From sequence record NC_047880.1: a stretch of DNA of 64,000 nucleotides. One strand, 5' to 3'. The notes below the pieces were generated by a model. The model did not search any database and had not been told where the DNA came from. It saw only the letters and a list, made by a program, of their open reading frames with translations. Made by a program: the position numbers and the translations under genes. This document shows, piece after piece, positions 63,763 through 64,000 of the stretch. Each line of letters begins with the position of its first letter. Position 1 is the first letter of the stretch.

Positions 63763-63793
63763 CTGTAAATCTTAATTGAAGCAATAACGCTTC
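63763..63793 (+). promoter_or_regulatory. CTGTAAATC motif plus GAAGC-AATAAC-GCTTC leader hairpin
   Basis: ACGAATCTGTAAA is duplicated (motif starts at 63704 and 63763). Confidence 0.55.
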
Positions 63794-63817
63794 TCGAACT
63801 CAAAGGAAATTCGTATC

Positions 63818-64000
63818 ATGGCTAAAGCTAAATCCGCAAACGCAGCAACTCTGGTTCTGGCATCTATCTTCGGTGTTGTTGTTGAGAACGCTTCGAACGA
63901 AGAGATTCAAAAGCTGCTGGCAGACGCGGGTCTGACTGTATCCGGTGGTAAAGTTGTTAAAGGCAAAGCTGCTAAAGCTGAAAAGCCTGCTGCTAAAGGT
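63818..64000 (+). CDS. Lys/Ala-rich (histone-like) protein, 3' truncated by window edge
   Basis: ATG 63818 after AAGGA; MAKAKSANAATLVLASIFG...KGKAAKAEKPAAKG open to the end. Confidence 0.7.
   Translation, partial: MAKAKSANAATLVLASIFGVVVENASNEEIQKLLADAGLTVSGGKVVKGKAAKAEKPAAKG

Noticed and set aside
1-64000. CRISPR array associated with the Cas4-like gene
   Set aside because: No equally spaced direct repeats with unique 25-45 nt spacers seen; the repeats found are promoters or gene-separating stems
1-64000. tRNA/rRNA genes
   Set aside because: No cloverleaf with D and T arms found by eye; tRNAscan-SE or ARAGORN would be decisive

Overview
64-kb window of a large lytic dsDNA bacteriophage genome (jumbo-phage-like). 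It is densely coding and almost entirely on the + strand; only the primase gene is on the - strand. Gene content, the 5'-leader style and acidic/Lys-rich proteins recall Erwinia/Dickeya-type jumbo myoviruses, from memory and not verified. 1-20.9 kb is a core replication, transcription and virion block: Ig-like repeat protein, DnaG-type primase, solo Cas4-like nuclease, SWIM-finger protein, Acb1/gp57B-like 2H phosphoesterase, sigma70-family factor, gp32-like SSB with a charge-block tail, and RecA/UvsX with a 342-aa intein. The block ends with a gene pair joined by a textbook -1 frameshift cassette (A_AAA_AAG, stop codon, 3' stem-loop). 21-54 kb is an accessory/early region of many small genes driven by a family of host-type sigma70 promoters that share a fixed-position upstream element and 5'-terminal hairpins. 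It encodes KptA, a radical SAM enzyme, YbiI/TraR, UvsE, dUTPase, an SLT muramidase, an HD hydrolase, a GNAT, a NADAR-like protein and a truncated kinase. 54-64 kb holds very acidic and very basic large proteins and a recurring CTGTAAA promoter-like motif. I found no tRNA, rRNA, CRISPR array, integrase or transposase. The best candidates for undescribed biology are the programmed frameshift at 20179, the RNA-level control layer (leader hairpins, repeated intergenic stems at 27 kb, a multi-helix RNA at 53.8 kb) and the paralog pair at 54-57 kb. All protein family calls are motif recognition by eye, with no database search run.
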